NCBI GenBank assembly: GCA_001820095.1
Contig: MHOO01000011.1
Coordinates: forward strand, 199,227 to 263,226
From: Candidatus Staskawiczbacteria bacterium RIFCSPHIGHO2_01_FULL_39_25
GTDB taxonomy: Bacteria > Patescibacteriota > Minisyncoccia > Minisyncoccales > Staskawiczbacteraceae
DNA length: 64,000 nt
Direction: 5' to 3'
In this document: in pieces, positions 46,512-58,408 of the stretch
Layout of the letters: the number at the start of each line of letters is the position of its first letter
Numbering within the stretch: position 1 is the stretch's first letter
Translations under genes and position numbers: made by a program
Notes under the pieces: generated by a model
The model's input: only the letters and a program-made list of their open reading frames with translations
The model's database searches: none
Told to the model about the DNA's origin: nothing

Positions 46512-47021
46512 ATGGAGGAAGCTGGTTTACTGGGACAACTTGGCATTAATTGGAAGCTTTTTTTAAGCCAAGCTTTTAATTTTTTTATTCTCTTGTTGAT
46601 CCTTAGGGCTTTTGTGTACAAACCGCTTTTAGCTGTCATTAAAAAGCGGAATGAAAAAATAGAAGAAGGGCTGGAAAAGGCCAAAGTAGCCGACATCAGG
46701 TTAAAAGAAATTGATGGCATCGCAAAAGATAAAATAAAACAGGCGGAATTGCAATCAATAGATATCATTAAAGACACCGAAGAAAAAGCAAAAAATTTAG
46801 AGCAATCTTTAACAACGAAAGCGGAGATGCATCAAAAAGAATTAATGGCGCAAATTGAAAAAGAGCACCAGCGCCAGCAGGAAGAATCAAGAAAGCTGGT
46901 GGTAAAAAATGCCGCTGAATTGATAAGGAAATTCATTGTAAAAACGGTTGAATTAAAGCCCGAGACCATAGACCAGGCTCTTATTGAAAAAGCGGTAGCC
47001 CAATATGAAACAGAAAGCTAA
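46512..47021 (+). CDS. atpF: F0F1 ATP synthase subunit b
   Basis: N-terminal TM then long charged helix; ATG 46512 in frame with ORF 46497. Confidence 0.8.
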   Translation: MEEAGLLGQLGINWKLFLSQAFNFFILLLILRAFVYKPLLAVIKKRNEKIEEGLEKAKVADIRLKEIDGIAKDKIKQAELQSIDIIKDTEEKAKNLEQSLTTKAEMHQKELMAQIEKEHQRQQEESRKLVVKNAAELIRKFIVKTVELKPETIDQALIEKAVAQYETES

Positions 47022-47376
47022 AAATTACGCAGCAGCATTGGTTGATTCTCTGGCGACCGTAAAGCCAGGGCGGGAAAAAAGCATCGTCGCTAATTTTCTC
47101 AAGCTTCTGGAAGCGAATGGCGATATGAAAAAAGCCAAAGAAATTATTGCTTTGGCAGAGGGCCTTTTTTTAAAAAAAACCGGCAACAAGAAAATTGTGC
47201 TGGAAACGGCACGACCGCTCAATAGCCGCAGCGTATTTAAAAAAATTAAAAAGGAGGGGGATATCATTGAGGAAAAAATTAACCCCGAATTAATAGCTGG
47301 AATAAAAATAATAGTGAATAATAGCAGGCAATTAGATTTTTCATTGCGAAAAAAATTACAGCAAATTTTTCAATAG
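47005..47376 (+). CDS. atpH: F0F1 ATP synthase subunit delta (short, 123 aa)
   Basis: operon position; C-terminal LIAGIKIIVNNSRQLDFSLRKKL resembles the delta C-terminal motif. Confidence 0.65.
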   Translation: MKQKAKNYAAALVDSLATVKPGREKSIVANFLKLLEANGDMKKAKEIIALAEGLFLKKTGNKKIVLETARPLNSRSVFKKIKKEGDIIEEKINPELIAGIKIIVNNSRQLDFSLRKKLQQIFQ

Positions 47377-47394
47377 GTATAGATATAAAAATCC

Positions 47395-48924
47395 ATGGGA
47401 AATGAAATTTTAAATACATTAAAACAAGCTATTGAAGGTTATAAACATAACCCCGAATGGGAAGAAATCGGCACGGTGGTGGAAGTAGGAGACGGCATAT
47501 TAAAAATATCCGGCCTTTTGGATGTCCAAAGCCAAGAAGTGTTAATTGTTGAAGCCGGCAAGGAAAAAATTAAAGCGGTTGCTTTGAACCTTGAAGAAGA
47601 CTCGGTGGGAGCTTTGGTATTAGGAGACTTTTCCCTTATTAAGGCCGGCCAAACCGTAAAAAGGACAAAACAGATTCTATCTATTTCAGTGGGAGAACAG
47701 TTATTGGGGAGGGTAGTGGATCCTTTGGGGAACGCGTTAGATGGGAAAGGCCCGATATTTTCTGAAAAAGATAAGCCTCAACTTAATTTTTTAGAAAATA
47801 ATGCGCCAGATGTGCTGGCCCGGGAATCGGTCCATCAGCCGTTGCATACGGGCATTAAAGCCGTTGATGCGATGATCCCTATTGGAAGAGGCCAGCGAGA
47901 GCTTATTATCGGTGACCGCCAAACCGGAAAAACTGCCATTGCCTTGGATATGATAATAAATCAAATGCAAGACAGTGACCGTAAAAAACCTTTAATCTGC
48001 ATTTACGTTGCGGTGGGTCAAAAAGAGTCAAAAATTGCCAAAATAGTTGAAACACTAAAGAAACACAATGCATTTTCTTACACGATTGTAGTTTTGGCAT
48101 CAGCCTCAAGCCCGGCGGCTTTCTGGTATTTGGCTCCCTTTGCAGGGTGCGCCATTGGGGAATACTTTCGCGATAAGGGGCAGGATGCGCTTATTATTTA
48201 CGATGACTTATCAAAGCACGCCTGGGCCTACCGGCAAATTTCTTTGCTATTAAGAAGGCCGCCAGGCAGGGAAGCCTACCCTGGCGATGTTTTTTATCTG
48301 CACTCAAGGTTATTGGAAAGGGCAGCCAAACTTTCTAAAGAAAAAGGGGGAGGGTCGTTGACGGCCATGCCCATTATTGAAACCCAATTAGGGGACGTTA
48401 CCGCCTACATTCCCACCAATGTCATTTCTATTACCGATGGACAGATTTATTTAGAATCGGATTTATTTTACCAAGGCATGAGGCCGGCGGTAAATGTGGG
48501 GCTTTCGGTTTCGCGGGTAGGTTCATCAGCCCAGACCAAAGCCATGAAAAAGGTTGCCGGCAAGCTAAGGCTACAGCTGGCCCAATTCAGGGAATTACAG
48601 ACGTTTGTGCAGTTTGCTTCCGATGTTGACCAGCAAACCCGCGAAAAAATCCATAAAGGCAGGATTGTTACTGAAATTTTAAAGCAAACTGACTTGGCTC
48701 CCATTCCTTTTGAAAAGCAGGTGTTAGTGTTGTATGCCGCTCTTAATGGATATTTTGACAAATTCCAGCCAGAGCAAATCCAGGGCATTGAAGCAAAATT
48801 TTTGGAATATGTAAAAGACCTGCATGGAGAATTATTACATCAATTAAAAGAGAAAAGAGAGGTTACCGAAGAAATTGAAGGCATCATGAAAGAGGTAATC
48901 GTGAAATTTATTGAATCACAATAA
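47395..48924 (+). CDS. atpA: F0F1 ATP synthase subunit alpha
   Basis: Walker A GDRQTGKT and full-length alpha pattern. Confidence 0.95.
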   Translation: MGNEILNTLKQAIEGYKHNPEWEEIGTVVEVGDGILKISGLLDVQSQEVLIVEAGKEKIKAVALNLEEDSVGALVLGDFSLIKAGQTVKRTKQILSISVGEQLLGRVVDPLGNALDGKGPIFSEKDKPQLNFLENNAPDVLARESVHQPLHTGIKAVDAMIPIGRGQRELIIGDRQTGKTAIALDMIINQMQDSDRKKPLICIYVAVGQKESKIAKIVETLKKHNAFSYTIVVLASASSPAAFWYLAPFAGCAIGEYFRDKGQDALIIYDDLSKHAWAYRQISLLLRRPPGREAYPGDVFYLHSRLLERAAKLSKEKGGGSLTAMPIIETQLGDVTAYIPTNVISITDGQIYLESDLFYQGMRPAVNVGLSVSRVGSSAQTKAMKKVAGKLRLQLAQFRELQTFVQFASDVDQQTREKIHKGRIVTEILKQTDLAPIPFEKQVLVLYAALNGYFDKFQPEQIQGIEAKFLEYVKDLHGELLHQLKEKREVTEEIEGIMKEVIVKFIESQ

Positions 48925-48939
48925 GTTTTTGAATTCCTA

Positions 48940-49914
48940 ATGGAAAATACACAACATCTTAAAAAGCGACTGAAAAGCGTTGCCAACATCAACAAAATCA
49001 CCAAAGCGATGGAGTTGGTTGCGGCCACTAAAATGCGCAGGTCCCAGGAAATTGCGCTGGCTTCGCGTCCCTATGCGTTAACGGCGCTGGACTTACTTGC
49101 AAATTTAACGTTAATTGAAAAATCAACAAAATTTCCTATGCCCGAATTACTCCAGCAGCGGAAGATAAAAAGGGTTTTATTTGTATTGATTTCCTCTGAT
49201 AAGGGCTTGGCAGGTTCATTTAACAGCGCGGTATTTAAGAAATTTGAACAGCACATGGAGCGGGATAAGGAAAAATACCGGCAAGAAGAAAAGTTTTTTG
49301 TAGCGGTTGGGGAAAAAGCGTTCCAGTATCTTTCAAAGAAGGGAATTGCGGTATTAAGAAAATTTGTGCAAGCGGGTGATTATACAACTGCGGAACAGGT
49401 AAAACCATTGACCGATTTTATTGTAAAAGGGTATTTAAAAACTTCTGCCCCAGGTGGGGCAAGCTGGGACAGGGTTGTCATATTTTCCACGCATTTTAGA
49501 TCAGCATTGAAACAAGAACCTCATGTAAGAAAGGCATTGCCCATCCAATTTGACCACCTTTTAGAAACCATAAAAGAAATTACTCCGAGCACCGGAAAAT
49601 TCGCTGATATTATCAAAGAGCAGAATATAACATTTGGCGGAGAGATAAAAGATATTAAAGAATACCTCATTGAACCATCGCCAGAAGCGGTGCTGGAAGA
49701 TCTGGCGAAACATTTGTTGTTTATGCAAATGTACCATTTGATTTTAGAAGCAAACGCATCGGAACATTCAGCTCGCAGGATGGCGATGAAAACAGCTTCC
49801 GATAACGCATCTGATTTATCTGAAACGTTGAACTTGCAGTATAATAAGTCCCGCCAGTCAGCGATTACCAAAGAAATTATTGAAATTACTGCGGGCTCGG
49901 AAGCACTTTCATAA
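48940..49914 (+). CDS. atpG: F0F1 ATP synthase subunit gamma
   Basis: N-terminal IKSVANINKITKAMELVAATKMRR and C-terminal ITKEIIEITAGSEAL. Confidence 0.9.
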   Translation: MENTQHLKKRLKSVANINKITKAMELVAATKMRRSQEIALASRPYALTALDLLANLTLIEKSTKFPMPELLQQRKIKRVLFVLISSDKGLAGSFNSAVFKKFEQHMERDKEKYRQEEKFFVAVGEKAFQYLSKKGIAVLRKFVQAGDYTTAEQVKPLTDFIVKGYLKTSAPGGASWDRVVIFSTHFRSALKQEPHVRKALPIQFDHLLETIKEITPSTGKFADIIKEQNITFGGEIKDIKEYLIEPSPEAVLEDLAKHLLFMQMYHLILEANASEHSARRMAMKTASDNASDLSETLNLQYNKSRQSAITKEIIEITAGSEALS

Positions 49915-49974
49915 AACACATAACATAGAACACACCTGCCTGCCGGCAGGCAGGTAAAAAATTAAACTTATTAA

Positions 49975-51360
<1,386 letters not shown>

Positions 51361-51480
51361 ATCTAGAATCTCGTATCTTGAATCTGGAATAGAATAAAGA
51401 ATAGAGAATGTGAAAAGCCATATTCCAAATTCACCATTCAATTCAAGATACCAGATACTAAATTCAAGATTCTAGTTAAA

Positions 51481-51723
51481 ATGAAACTATCTATTTACTC
51501 ACTAAAAAAAGTGCTATTCCAAGGGCAGGCGCAGATGTTAAACTGCCAGACTGTCATGGGAGAAATTACGATATTGGATAACCACGAAACCTTTATTGGG
51601 GTTTTAAAGCCTGGCGTGGCTAAAGTTGTTGATTCTGCCCAAAAAGAGCATTTCTTTGAGATAACATCAGGGTTTTTAGAAGTGCGCGAAGGCAACGAAG
51701 TTCGTTGTATAGTAGAGGTGTGA
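51481..51723 (+). CDS. atpC: F0F1 ATP synthase subunit epsilon, N-terminal beta-sandwich only (80 aa)
   Basis: GEITILDNHETFIGVLKPG motif; no C-terminal helical hairpin; last codons and stop lie in the element at 51715. Confidence 0.75.
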   Translation: MKLSIYSLKKVLFQGQAQMLNCQTVMGEITILDNHETFIGVLKPGVAKVVDSAQKEHFFEITSGFLEVREGNEVRCIVEV

Positions 51724-51979
51724 GACTCGAACAGAACCAGCTTGAGAAGCGAAAACAGAGATGAGGTCAAGGCGCGACGAGGAAACATAGCCTTGCGCTA
51801 TGTTTCCGAAGTCGCAACGCAGACATCATCTCTGTTTTCGCTTCCCTTCGGGCTCTGTCACTTGCTTGTCTTCTGCGTATTCAGAATGAAACGATGCGCA
51901 AGGCATCGTTTCATTCCTCAATCCTTGAATACAAGCAATATACGAGAGCTCAATTGGTTCTGTTCGAGTCCCACACCTC
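51715..51979 (-). repeat. TIR-bounded structured element, copy 2 (inverted relative to copy 1)
   Basis: gaggtgtgagactcgaacagaacca / tggttctgttcgagtcccacacctc inverted ends; reverse complement shares ~135 nt conserved module with 43694-43961. Confidence 0.75.
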
Positions 51980-52164
51980 TAGAGCAATAAAAATATACTG
52001 CGGGCTGTGGATAAGCTATTGACACGTTGCATGGTATAATAAGAGTGTAGAGTCATGGAACCTAATCTGTCCTATGGCCCTTTAAAGACGTTTTACGAAT
52101 AATCGAGTGAAACCAGTATTCTAAATATCTGGCAAAGGTCGATGTATTTTAAAACATTATTCTT

Positions 52165-52365
52165 ATGCAAAAACTAACAACATTAGATATTGTAGCCCTT
52201 GTTTTACTAGTAGTAGGCGGATTGAATTGGGGATTATTGGGATTAGTTAACATGAATGTGGTAGATACGGTCTTTGGCATGACGATCTCCCGATTCATCT
52301 ACATTGTAGTGGGTTTGGCGGCTCTCTATGTGGCATGGCTTTGGATGAAGCTAGAGAGGAAATAA
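52165..52365 (+). CDS. DUF378-family small membrane protein
   Basis: LDIVALVLLVVGGLNWGLLG pattern, two TM helices. Confidence 0.7.
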   Translation: MQKLTTLDIVALVLLVVGGLNWGLLGLVNMNVVDTVFGMTISRFIYIVVGLAALYVAWLWMKLERK

Positions 52366-52378
52366 CGTATTAAGCGAA

Positions 52379-52456
52379 TTTACGGTTCACACTATAGTGT
52401 GAACCGTAAAATATGCTTAAAAAGCGACAAAAAAACGGCAAAAATGCCGTTTTTTG
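52379..52456. terminator. two hairpin terminators between convergent genes
   Basis: perfect palindrome ttacggttcacac-tata-gtgtgaaccgtaa, and acggca-aaaa-tgccgt flanked by A/T runs. Confidence 0.65.
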
Positions 52457-52470
52457 TTAGATTTGTCCTT

Positions 52471-52659
52471 TTAGCGGCTGAATCTTGGAGGTCTCTTTTT
52501 AGACCAGCAATCTCTGCAGTAAATTGGTCGGTCAGGAGCTGGTTCAAAAGGGAGTTCTGTGATTTCGGTACCACATTCTCCGCATTTCCAGTTTCCTTTC
52601 ACCATTTCACGAGGAGCAAAGCTCCCTCTTCCAGAGTTATCAAATTTATTGAATGCCAT
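52471..52659 (-). CDS. CxxC...CxxC zinc-ribbon protein
   Basis: WKCGECGTEITELPFEPAPDRPIYCRDCW, resembles the CxxC-x17-CxxC family. Confidence 0.65.
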   Translation of the reverse strand: MAFNKFDNSGRGSFAPREMVKGNWKCGECGTEITELPFEPAPDRPIYCRDCWSKKRPPRFSR

Positions 52660-52861
52660 CGAATTTTTGTTTGCTTAATAAAACGACCTTTACCTGGTTT
52701 TAAAAAAATTGCCAGGATTTATGACTCTAAGGTCGTCTTATGTGAACGACTTATTGTCTACATTCACTATACGCCTTGCCGGCAGGATGTCAACCTTAGC
52801 AAACTGGCCTCTCTTTTCTTTTCTCTTTTTATGGGTATGATTAATATAGAAGTAAAAATAT

Positions 52862-53698
52862 ATGAATAAAATTTCTATAATTATCATAATTGCATTATTT
52901 CTCCTGGCGGGTGTGGCGGGATATTTCTTTTTGCAAAAAGAAATGCCAAATACCAACATCCCTATGAACGAAGAGAAAAAAGGCATTCAAGTTTTTTCGC
53001 CAAAGGCGAATGAAACTGTTTCCTCTCCTTTAGAAGTGACGGGTTCGGTAAACGGGGAAGGCTGGATTGGGTTTGAGGGCCAAGTAGGAACCGTAAAATT
53101 ATTTGATTCTTTTGGCAAAGAATTGGCGTTGGGTATTCTAACGGCGACGGAAGATTGGATGAAGTCTTCCGTTAACTTTGAATCAACATTGTGGTTTGAT
53201 TATCCGGAAAACGGCACCGGAAAACTGGTATTTTACAATGAAAATCCCAGCGGAGAGCCGGAAAGGAATAAAACCTTTGAAATTCCGGTAAAGCTTGCCA
53301 AAAGTTCTGCGGCAAAAACAACTTTTAATGTATATTTCAGCCAGCAGGATGCCTCCGATGTCAGTTGTGAAGAAGTAAATCCTTACAAACGAGAAGTGCC
53401 TAAGACCCAATCGGTGGCAAGGGCTGCGCTGGAGGAGCTAATAAAAGGCCCGACTGGTTTTGAAAAATACGCAGGGGCTTTCACTAGCATTAACCCCGGA
53501 GTTGTCATACAAAATTTAACAATAACCAATGGCATAGCGCGCGTTGACTTTAATGAAGCTCTGCAAAAAGACGTGGCGGGATCTTGCAAGGTAAGCGCCA
53601 TACGCGCCCAAATTACCCAAACCCTGCTCCAATTTCCAACGGTAAAAGAGGTGGTAATTTCTATTAATGGCAAAACAGAAGGTATATTACAGCCGTAA
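52862..53698 (+). CDS. secreted/anchored protein with Ig-like (Gmad2-like) and GerMN-like domains
   Basis: N-terminal TM/signal, VFSPKANETVSSPLEVTG segment, later ARAALEELIKGPT typical of GerMN. Confidence 0.55.
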   Translation: MNKISIIIIIALFLLAGVAGYFFLQKEMPNTNIPMNEEKKGIQVFSPKANETVSSPLEVTGSVNGEGWIGFEGQVGTVKLFDSFGKELALGILTATEDWMKSSVNFESTLWFDYPENGTGKLVFYNENPSGEPERNKTFEIPVKLAKSSAAKTTFNVYFSQQDASDVSCEEVNPYKREVPKTQSVARAALEELIKGPTGFEKYAGAFTSINPGVVIQNLTITNGIARVDFNEALQKDVAGSCKVSAIRAQITQTLLQFPTVKEVVISINGKTEGILQP

Positions 53699-55587
53699 TG
53701 GTGCGGCCAATAAGACAAAGCATGAATCTTTTTAAAAGAACAGCACTAACGAGGACTTTGTTTTTTGTTTCCTCTGATATTGCATTAATTGTTATTTCTA
53801 TCCTGCTGGCTTTTTTAATGAGATTTGACGGCCAGATTCCGCCCCACTACTATCAATTTATTATAAGAATGGCGGCATTGGCAATCATATTCACGATTCC
53901 TATATTTTATTTCCAGAGGCTGTATTCTTTCTCGTGGTCATATGTGAGCGCCAATGAAGCGATTTCCTTGTTTAAAGCCTCCCTTATTTCCTTCCTCTTT
54001 CTAAGCATTGCCATTTATATATCTAATTACTTCCCTAAATTCCAAAATTTTCCCAGGTCAACTATTTTCATCAGTTATATCTTGATATTTACCTTATGCG
54101 GCGCCCTGAGATTCTCTAAGAAAATTTATTTGCATATAAGGGGGTCCAGCCGCTTAATGGAAAAAGAAAGAACGTTAATTGTGGGGGCAGGCGACGCCGG
54201 CGAGCAGATTTTAAGGAATATGCTGTCTTCTGCAAAAAACAATTATTATCCGGTTGGATTTGTTGATGACAGCAACATAAAGCAAGGGGTGAAAATACAC
54301 GGCTTAAAAGTACTGGGCAAGATTTCAGATCTCCCCAGAATTATTGTTAACAGTGAAATAAGGCAACTAATCATTGCTCTTCCCTCTGCTAGCAACAAAG
54401 TGATAAAACAGGCGGTTGAATTGGGGAGAAGCGCAGGTTTGAAGAAAATTAAAATTGCTCCGCCGATGAATGAAATCATACGCGGAGAAGTTTCCCTTAA
54501 GAATTTAAAAGATGTTGGCGTAGAGGATTTACTAGGCAGGGATCCCGTTGGGCTGGATAAAAAACAAATAGAAAATTTTATAAAGGATAACGTAGTTTTA
54601 ATTACCGGGGCTGCAGGCTCCATTGGCTCTGAATTAACCAGGCAGGTTGCAAAGTTCAGGCCAAGCAAGCTGGTGCTGTTAGATCAAGATGAAACTGGCA
54701 TCTTTGCCATTGCAAAAGAAATGCAGGATAAGTTTCCCATGCTCCAGATGCCATCATTAATTGCAGATATACGGGATAAGGAAAAGATGGATGCTGTTTT
54801 TAAGGAATTCCATCCGCAGATAGTATTCCATGCCGCTGCCTATAAGCATGTTCCCTTAATGGAGCTGCAGCCTGACGAGGCCGTAAAAAATAATGTTTTT
54901 GGCACGGAGATACTAGCTGATATTAGCGCAGAACATGGAGTAGAAAAATTTATTTTTATTTCAACGGACAAGGCGGTCAACCCCACATCGGTCATGGGGG
55001 CTACTAAAAGGGCGGGGGAGATGATCTGCCAAGAGCACAACCAGGCCGGAGGCGCCAAATTTATTTCGGTAAGGTTCGGGAATGTATTAAATAGCCGGGG
55101 CAGCGTTATCCCTATTTTCCGCGAGCAGATAAGAAAGGGAGGGCCGGTTGAAGTTACCGATCCAGAAATGAAAAGATATTTTATGCTGACTTCAGAAGCC
55201 TGCCTTTTGGTCATGCAAGCTGGCGCCATGGGCCAGGGCGGGGAAGTGTTTGTTTTAGACATGGGCAAGCCGGTTAAGATTTTAGACCTAGCTAGAGAAA
55301 TGATAAAGTTATCAGGGTTTGAGCCGGATAAAGATATTGCCATTGTCTTTGTGGGCATCAGGCCCGGAGAAAAATTATTTGAAGAGATTTTAACGGCAGA
55401 AGAAGGAACGGTAGTAACCGAAAACCAGAAAATTTTTATGGCGAAACTTTCCCAAATTAATGTAGGTGAATTCGCTGAAAAATTAGAAAAGTTAAAAGAG
55501 TCTGCGGTAAAAAATAACAAAGAAGAAATAATAAAAAATTTGAAAGATATAATTCCTTCTTTTGCTAACCAAACTTATGAGAAATAG
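53698..55587 (+). CDS. polysaccharide biosynthesis protein CapD/PglF-like (membrane NDP-sugar 4,6-dehydratase)
   Basis: four N-terminal TM, Rossmann VLITGAAGSIGSEL, YKHVPLME; alternative start ATG 53722. Confidence 0.85.
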   Translation: MVRPIRQSMNLFKRTALTRTLFFVSSDIALIVISILLAFLMRFDGQIPPHYYQFIIRMAALAIIFTIPIFYFQRLYSFSWSYVSANEAISLFKASLISFLFLSIAIYISNYFPKFQNFPRSTIFISYILIFTLCGALRFSKKIYLHIRGSSRLMEKERTLIVGAGDAGEQILRNMLSSAKNNYYPVGFVDDSNIKQGVKIHGLKVLGKISDLPRIIVNSEIRQLIIALPSASNKVIKQAVELGRSAGLKKIKIAPPMNEIIRGEVSLKNLKDVGVEDLLGRDPVGLDKKQIENFIKDNVVLITGAAGSIGSELTRQVAKFRPSKLVLLDQDETGIFAIAKEMQDKFPMLQMPSLIADIRDKEKMDAVFKEFHPQIVFHAAAYKHVPLMELQPDEAVKNNVFGTEILADISAEHGVEKFIFISTDKAVNPTSVMGATKRAGEMICQEHNQAGGAKFISVRFGNVLNSRGSVIPIFREQIRKGGPVEVTDPEMKRYFMLTSEACLLVMQAGAMGQGGEVFVLDMGKPVKILDLAREMIKLSGFEPDKDIAIVFVGIRPGEKLFEEILTAEEGTVVTENQKIFMAKLSQINVGEFAEKLEKLKESAVKNNKEEIIKNLKDIIPSFANQTYEK

Positions 55588-55639
55588 TATTGCAAACTAG
55601 GTTCAGAAACAGTAAAATGTAAAATTACCGGTGATAAAA

Positions 55640-57352
55640 ATGAATCTTATATATAAAAATATTATCTTGGCCGCTGCTATATTAGTCTCGGTGCTTGTCA
55701 CACCAGAAGCTAAAGCTTTTACGGTAGGCGAGGCGGTAAATTTTAATGTTGATAAAGACTTTGATGCAAGCGCTCGTTCCCAAGTATCGGCGGTCTTGGT
55801 GAAAACTTCTTCCAATCTCTACTTTTATGTTGAAAAAAATTGGTGGGAAGTTCAGGCCCCTGCCAAGCAGAATGAAATTTTAGGCTACCTGGATGAGCTA
55901 TCATTGGAATTTGACAAGAAGATTTATCCCAACCTAACATCTATTTTTGGTTCAGAGTGGAAACCGGGAGTTGACGGCGATCCTAAAATTACCATTCTAT
56001 TCCACGCATTAAAAGAAAATGCCGGCGGATACTTTCGTTCGGCAGACGAGTACCTTAAGCTGCAAATCCCCGATTCAAATGAGCGGGAGATGGTTTACCT
56101 GCCCATTGCCCATATTGACAGCCGCCAATTGAAAGTATTTTTAGCCCATGAGTTCGTGCACCTTATTACCTTTAACCAAAAAGATAAACTGCGTGAAGTC
56201 CAAGAAGAAATCTGGTTGAATGAGGCGCGGGCGGATTATTCTTCAACCATCTTAGGTTATGACAGTTTGTACGACGGGAGCAACCTCCAAAGAAGAGTGA
56301 GAAATTTTTTAGAAAAGCCATTTGATTCATTGACCGAATGGCAAGAGAATAAATATGACTATGCGGTGGCTAGCTTATTCACCCATTATTTAGTGGACCA
56401 TTACAGCATTAATGTCTTAGCTGATTCCCTTAAATCCAAGGCGGTCGGCATTGCCAGCATTAATGAAGTCCTTCAGAAAAACAATGAAAAAGAGGATTTC
56501 GCCCAAATATTCATTCATTGGACGATTGCCACTCTTATTAACGATTGTTCGGTTGAAATAAAGCATTGCTATTTAAACCAAAACCTTAGGGGCTTGAGAA
56601 TAAATCCAACGCTTAACTTCTTGCCGCTATCGGGCAGCAGTTCTCTGTCGGTAACCAATGTGACAAAAAACTGGGCGGGCAATTGGCAAAAGTTTATTGG
56701 CGGAAAAGGGGATCTTACTTTGGAGTTTACCAGCCTAGCCGGCCTTAGTTTTAAAGTTCCCTACCTGATCTTTAACAAAGATGGAAGCTATGCCATACGA
56801 TATTTGGATCTTGACCAAAAAGAGAAGGGCCAATTGGAAATTGAAAATTTTGGAGATACGGTTGCTTCTTTGGTCATTATTCCATCGTTGCAAAGCAAAA
56901 CATCGGATTTTAATGGGTTAGAATTAACGTATCCTTACACGTTTACGGTTTCCATTGTAGATAAGACGATGAGCGAAGAAGAAGCGCTTATCCAGAAATT
57001 ATTAGTCCAAATTGAATTCCTTAAAAAGCAGATTGTCGCCCTCCAGTCCGGCGTTGGCAATCCTGTTCCAACTTTTGCCTGCGGCCCCTTGAATAATAAT
57101 TTATACAAAGGTACTGCTTATAGCAGCGATGTTACCTGCCTGCAAAATTTCTTAAAATCCCAAGGGCCGTCAATCTACCCGGAAGGGCTTGTTACGGGAA
57201 GTTTTGGGAACCTCACAAAGTCAGCTGTCATCCGTTTCCAGGAAAAATACAAAGAAGAGATTTTAGCGCCATTAGGATTATTGAGAGGAACCGGTTTCGT
57301 TGGCCCTTCTACCCGGATAAAAATAAATAAGCTGCTGCTCGGCGGCGCATAG
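55640..57352 (+). CDS. secreted HExxH-motif protein with C-terminal peptidoglycan-binding-like domain
   Basis: signal peptide ...TPEAKA, LAHEFVHLITF, C-terminal LQNFLKSQG...GSFGNLTKSAVIRFQEKY. Confidence 0.55.
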   Translation: MNLIYKNIILAAAILVSVLVTPEAKAFTVGEAVNFNVDKDFDASARSQVSAVLVKTSSNLYFYVEKNWWEVQAPAKQNEILGYLDELSLEFDKKIYPNLTSIFGSEWKPGVDGDPKITILFHALKENAGGYFRSADEYLKLQIPDSNEREMVYLPIAHIDSRQLKVFLAHEFVHLITFNQKDKLREVQEEIWLNEARADYSSTILGYDSLYDGSNLQRRVRNFLEKPFDSLTEWQENKYDYAVASLFTHYLVDHYSINVLADSLKSKAVGIASINEVLQKNNEKEDFAQIFIHWTIATLINDCSVEIKHCYLNQNLRGLRINPTLNFLPLSGSSSLSVTNVTKNWAGNWQKFIGGKGDLTLEFTSLAGLSFKVPYLIFNKDGSYAIRYLDLDQKEKGQLEIENFGDTVASLVIIPSLQSKTSDFNGLELTYPYTFTVSIVDKTMSEEEALIQKLLVQIEFLKKQIVALQSGVGNPVPTFACGPLNNNLYKGTAYSSDVTCLQNFLKSQGPSIYPEGLVTGSFGNLTKSAVIRFQEKYKEEILAPLGLLRGTGFVGPSTRIKINKLLLGGA

Positions 57353-57374
57353 AAACCGTATCAACGAAACGGAG

Positions 57375-57403
57375 TTGACGGATGTTGTTTTTTGTTATAT
57401 AAT
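57375..57403 (+). promoter_or_regulatory. sigma70-like promoter overlapping murB start region
   Basis: TTGACG, 17 nt spacer, TATAAT. Confidence 0.45.
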
Positions 57404-58394
57404 GTCTTTATTAATGCGAGACGAAATTTATAGGCGATTTAAACAAATATTGCCAGAGGTTAAGCGCAATGTATTGCTGCAAAAGCACACTACCTTTAAA
57501 GTTGGCGGACCGGCCAGATATTTTTTGGTTGCCCACAAGCAAGAAACCATTGTAAAAGCGCTTCAATTAGCAAAAAAAATAGGCATGCCATTTTTTATTT
57601 TAGGCGGAGGCAGCAATATTTTGGCTTCTGACAAGGGTTTCTCGGGGCTCGTAATAAAAATTTACCACCAAGAAAAGAGCTTTCCGGTAAAAAAAATAGG
57701 ACAGGATTTTTTAGTTGAGGTAAAAGCGGGCGTAGCAATGAAGGATCTGGTCAGTTTTTTGGCTGGCCGCTCATTAAGCGGGTTGGAGTGGGCCGGCGGG
57801 CTTCCCGGCACCTTTGGCGGAGCCATACGGGGAAACGCGGGGGCATTTGGCGGAGAAACCAAAGATTCTATTTTTGAAGTTTTAGCGTTAGATAGTAATT
57901 TAAAACTAAGAAAATTTTCAAATAAGCAGTGCCAGTTTTCTTACCGCAATTCAATCTTCAAAGAGAAAAATTGGATTGTCCTTTCAGCTACCCTAAAAGT
58001 GAAAAAGGGAGATAAGAAAACTATCTGGCAAATTGCAAAAAATAATATCAACTATCGCAAAACTCGGCATCCTTTGGATTTGCCGAACGCCGGGTCTATT
58101 TTTAAAAATTGCGATCTAAAATATTTTTCAGAACCGTTAAGAAAACAGCTGGCAGGCGTAGTGAAAAAAGATCCCTTTGAAGTGGTGCCGACCGCCTATT
58201 TAATTTCAGAAGCGGGATTAAAGGGAACTACCATTGGAAAAGCCCAAGTGTCAGACAAGCATCCTAATTTTATTGTAAATCTGGGAGCGGCGCAAGCCGA
58301 GCATATTTTACAGATTATTGACCTTAATAAAAAAGAAATTAAAAAACGGTATGGCGTTGACTTGGAACAGGAAGTGCAATTTTTGAAAGATTGA
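57402..58394 (+). CDS. murB: UDP-N-acetylenolpyruvoylglucosamine reductase
   Basis: FAD-binding FKVGGPARYF, GGGSNIL; in-frame starts at 57375(TTG)/57402/57414, the last may be nearly leaderless. Confidence 0.85.
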   Translation: MSLLMRDEIYRRFKQILPEVKRNVLLQKHTTFKVGGPARYFLVAHKQETIVKALQLAKKIGMPFFILGGGSNILASDKGFSGLVIKIYHQEKSFPVKKIGQDFLVEVKAGVAMKDLVSFLAGRSLSGLEWAGGLPGTFGGAIRGNAGAFGGETKDSIFEVLALDSNLKLRKFSNKQCQFSYRNSIFKEKNWIVLSATLKVKKGDKKTIWQIAKNNINYRKTRHPLDLPNAGSIFKNCDLKYFSEPLRKQLAGVVKKDPFEVVPTAYLISEAGLKGTTIGKAQVSDKHPNFIVNLGAAQAEHILQIIDLNKKEIKKRYGVDLEQEVQFLKD

Positions 58395-58408
58395 TATATC
58401 ATGGATAT

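Noticed and set aside
51955-51979. tRNA-like T-arm sequence ggttctgttcgagtcccacacc (and gttcgagcccc in the other element copy)
   Set aside because: No complementary T-stem, anticodon arm or acceptor pairing can be drawn. The segment instead pairs with the other end of the element as a terminal inverted repeat.
52399-52869. 156-aa ORF on the plus strand
   Set aside because: It runs through two terminator hairpins and is antisense to the well-supported CxxC zinc-ribbon gene (52471-52659). No motif is present.
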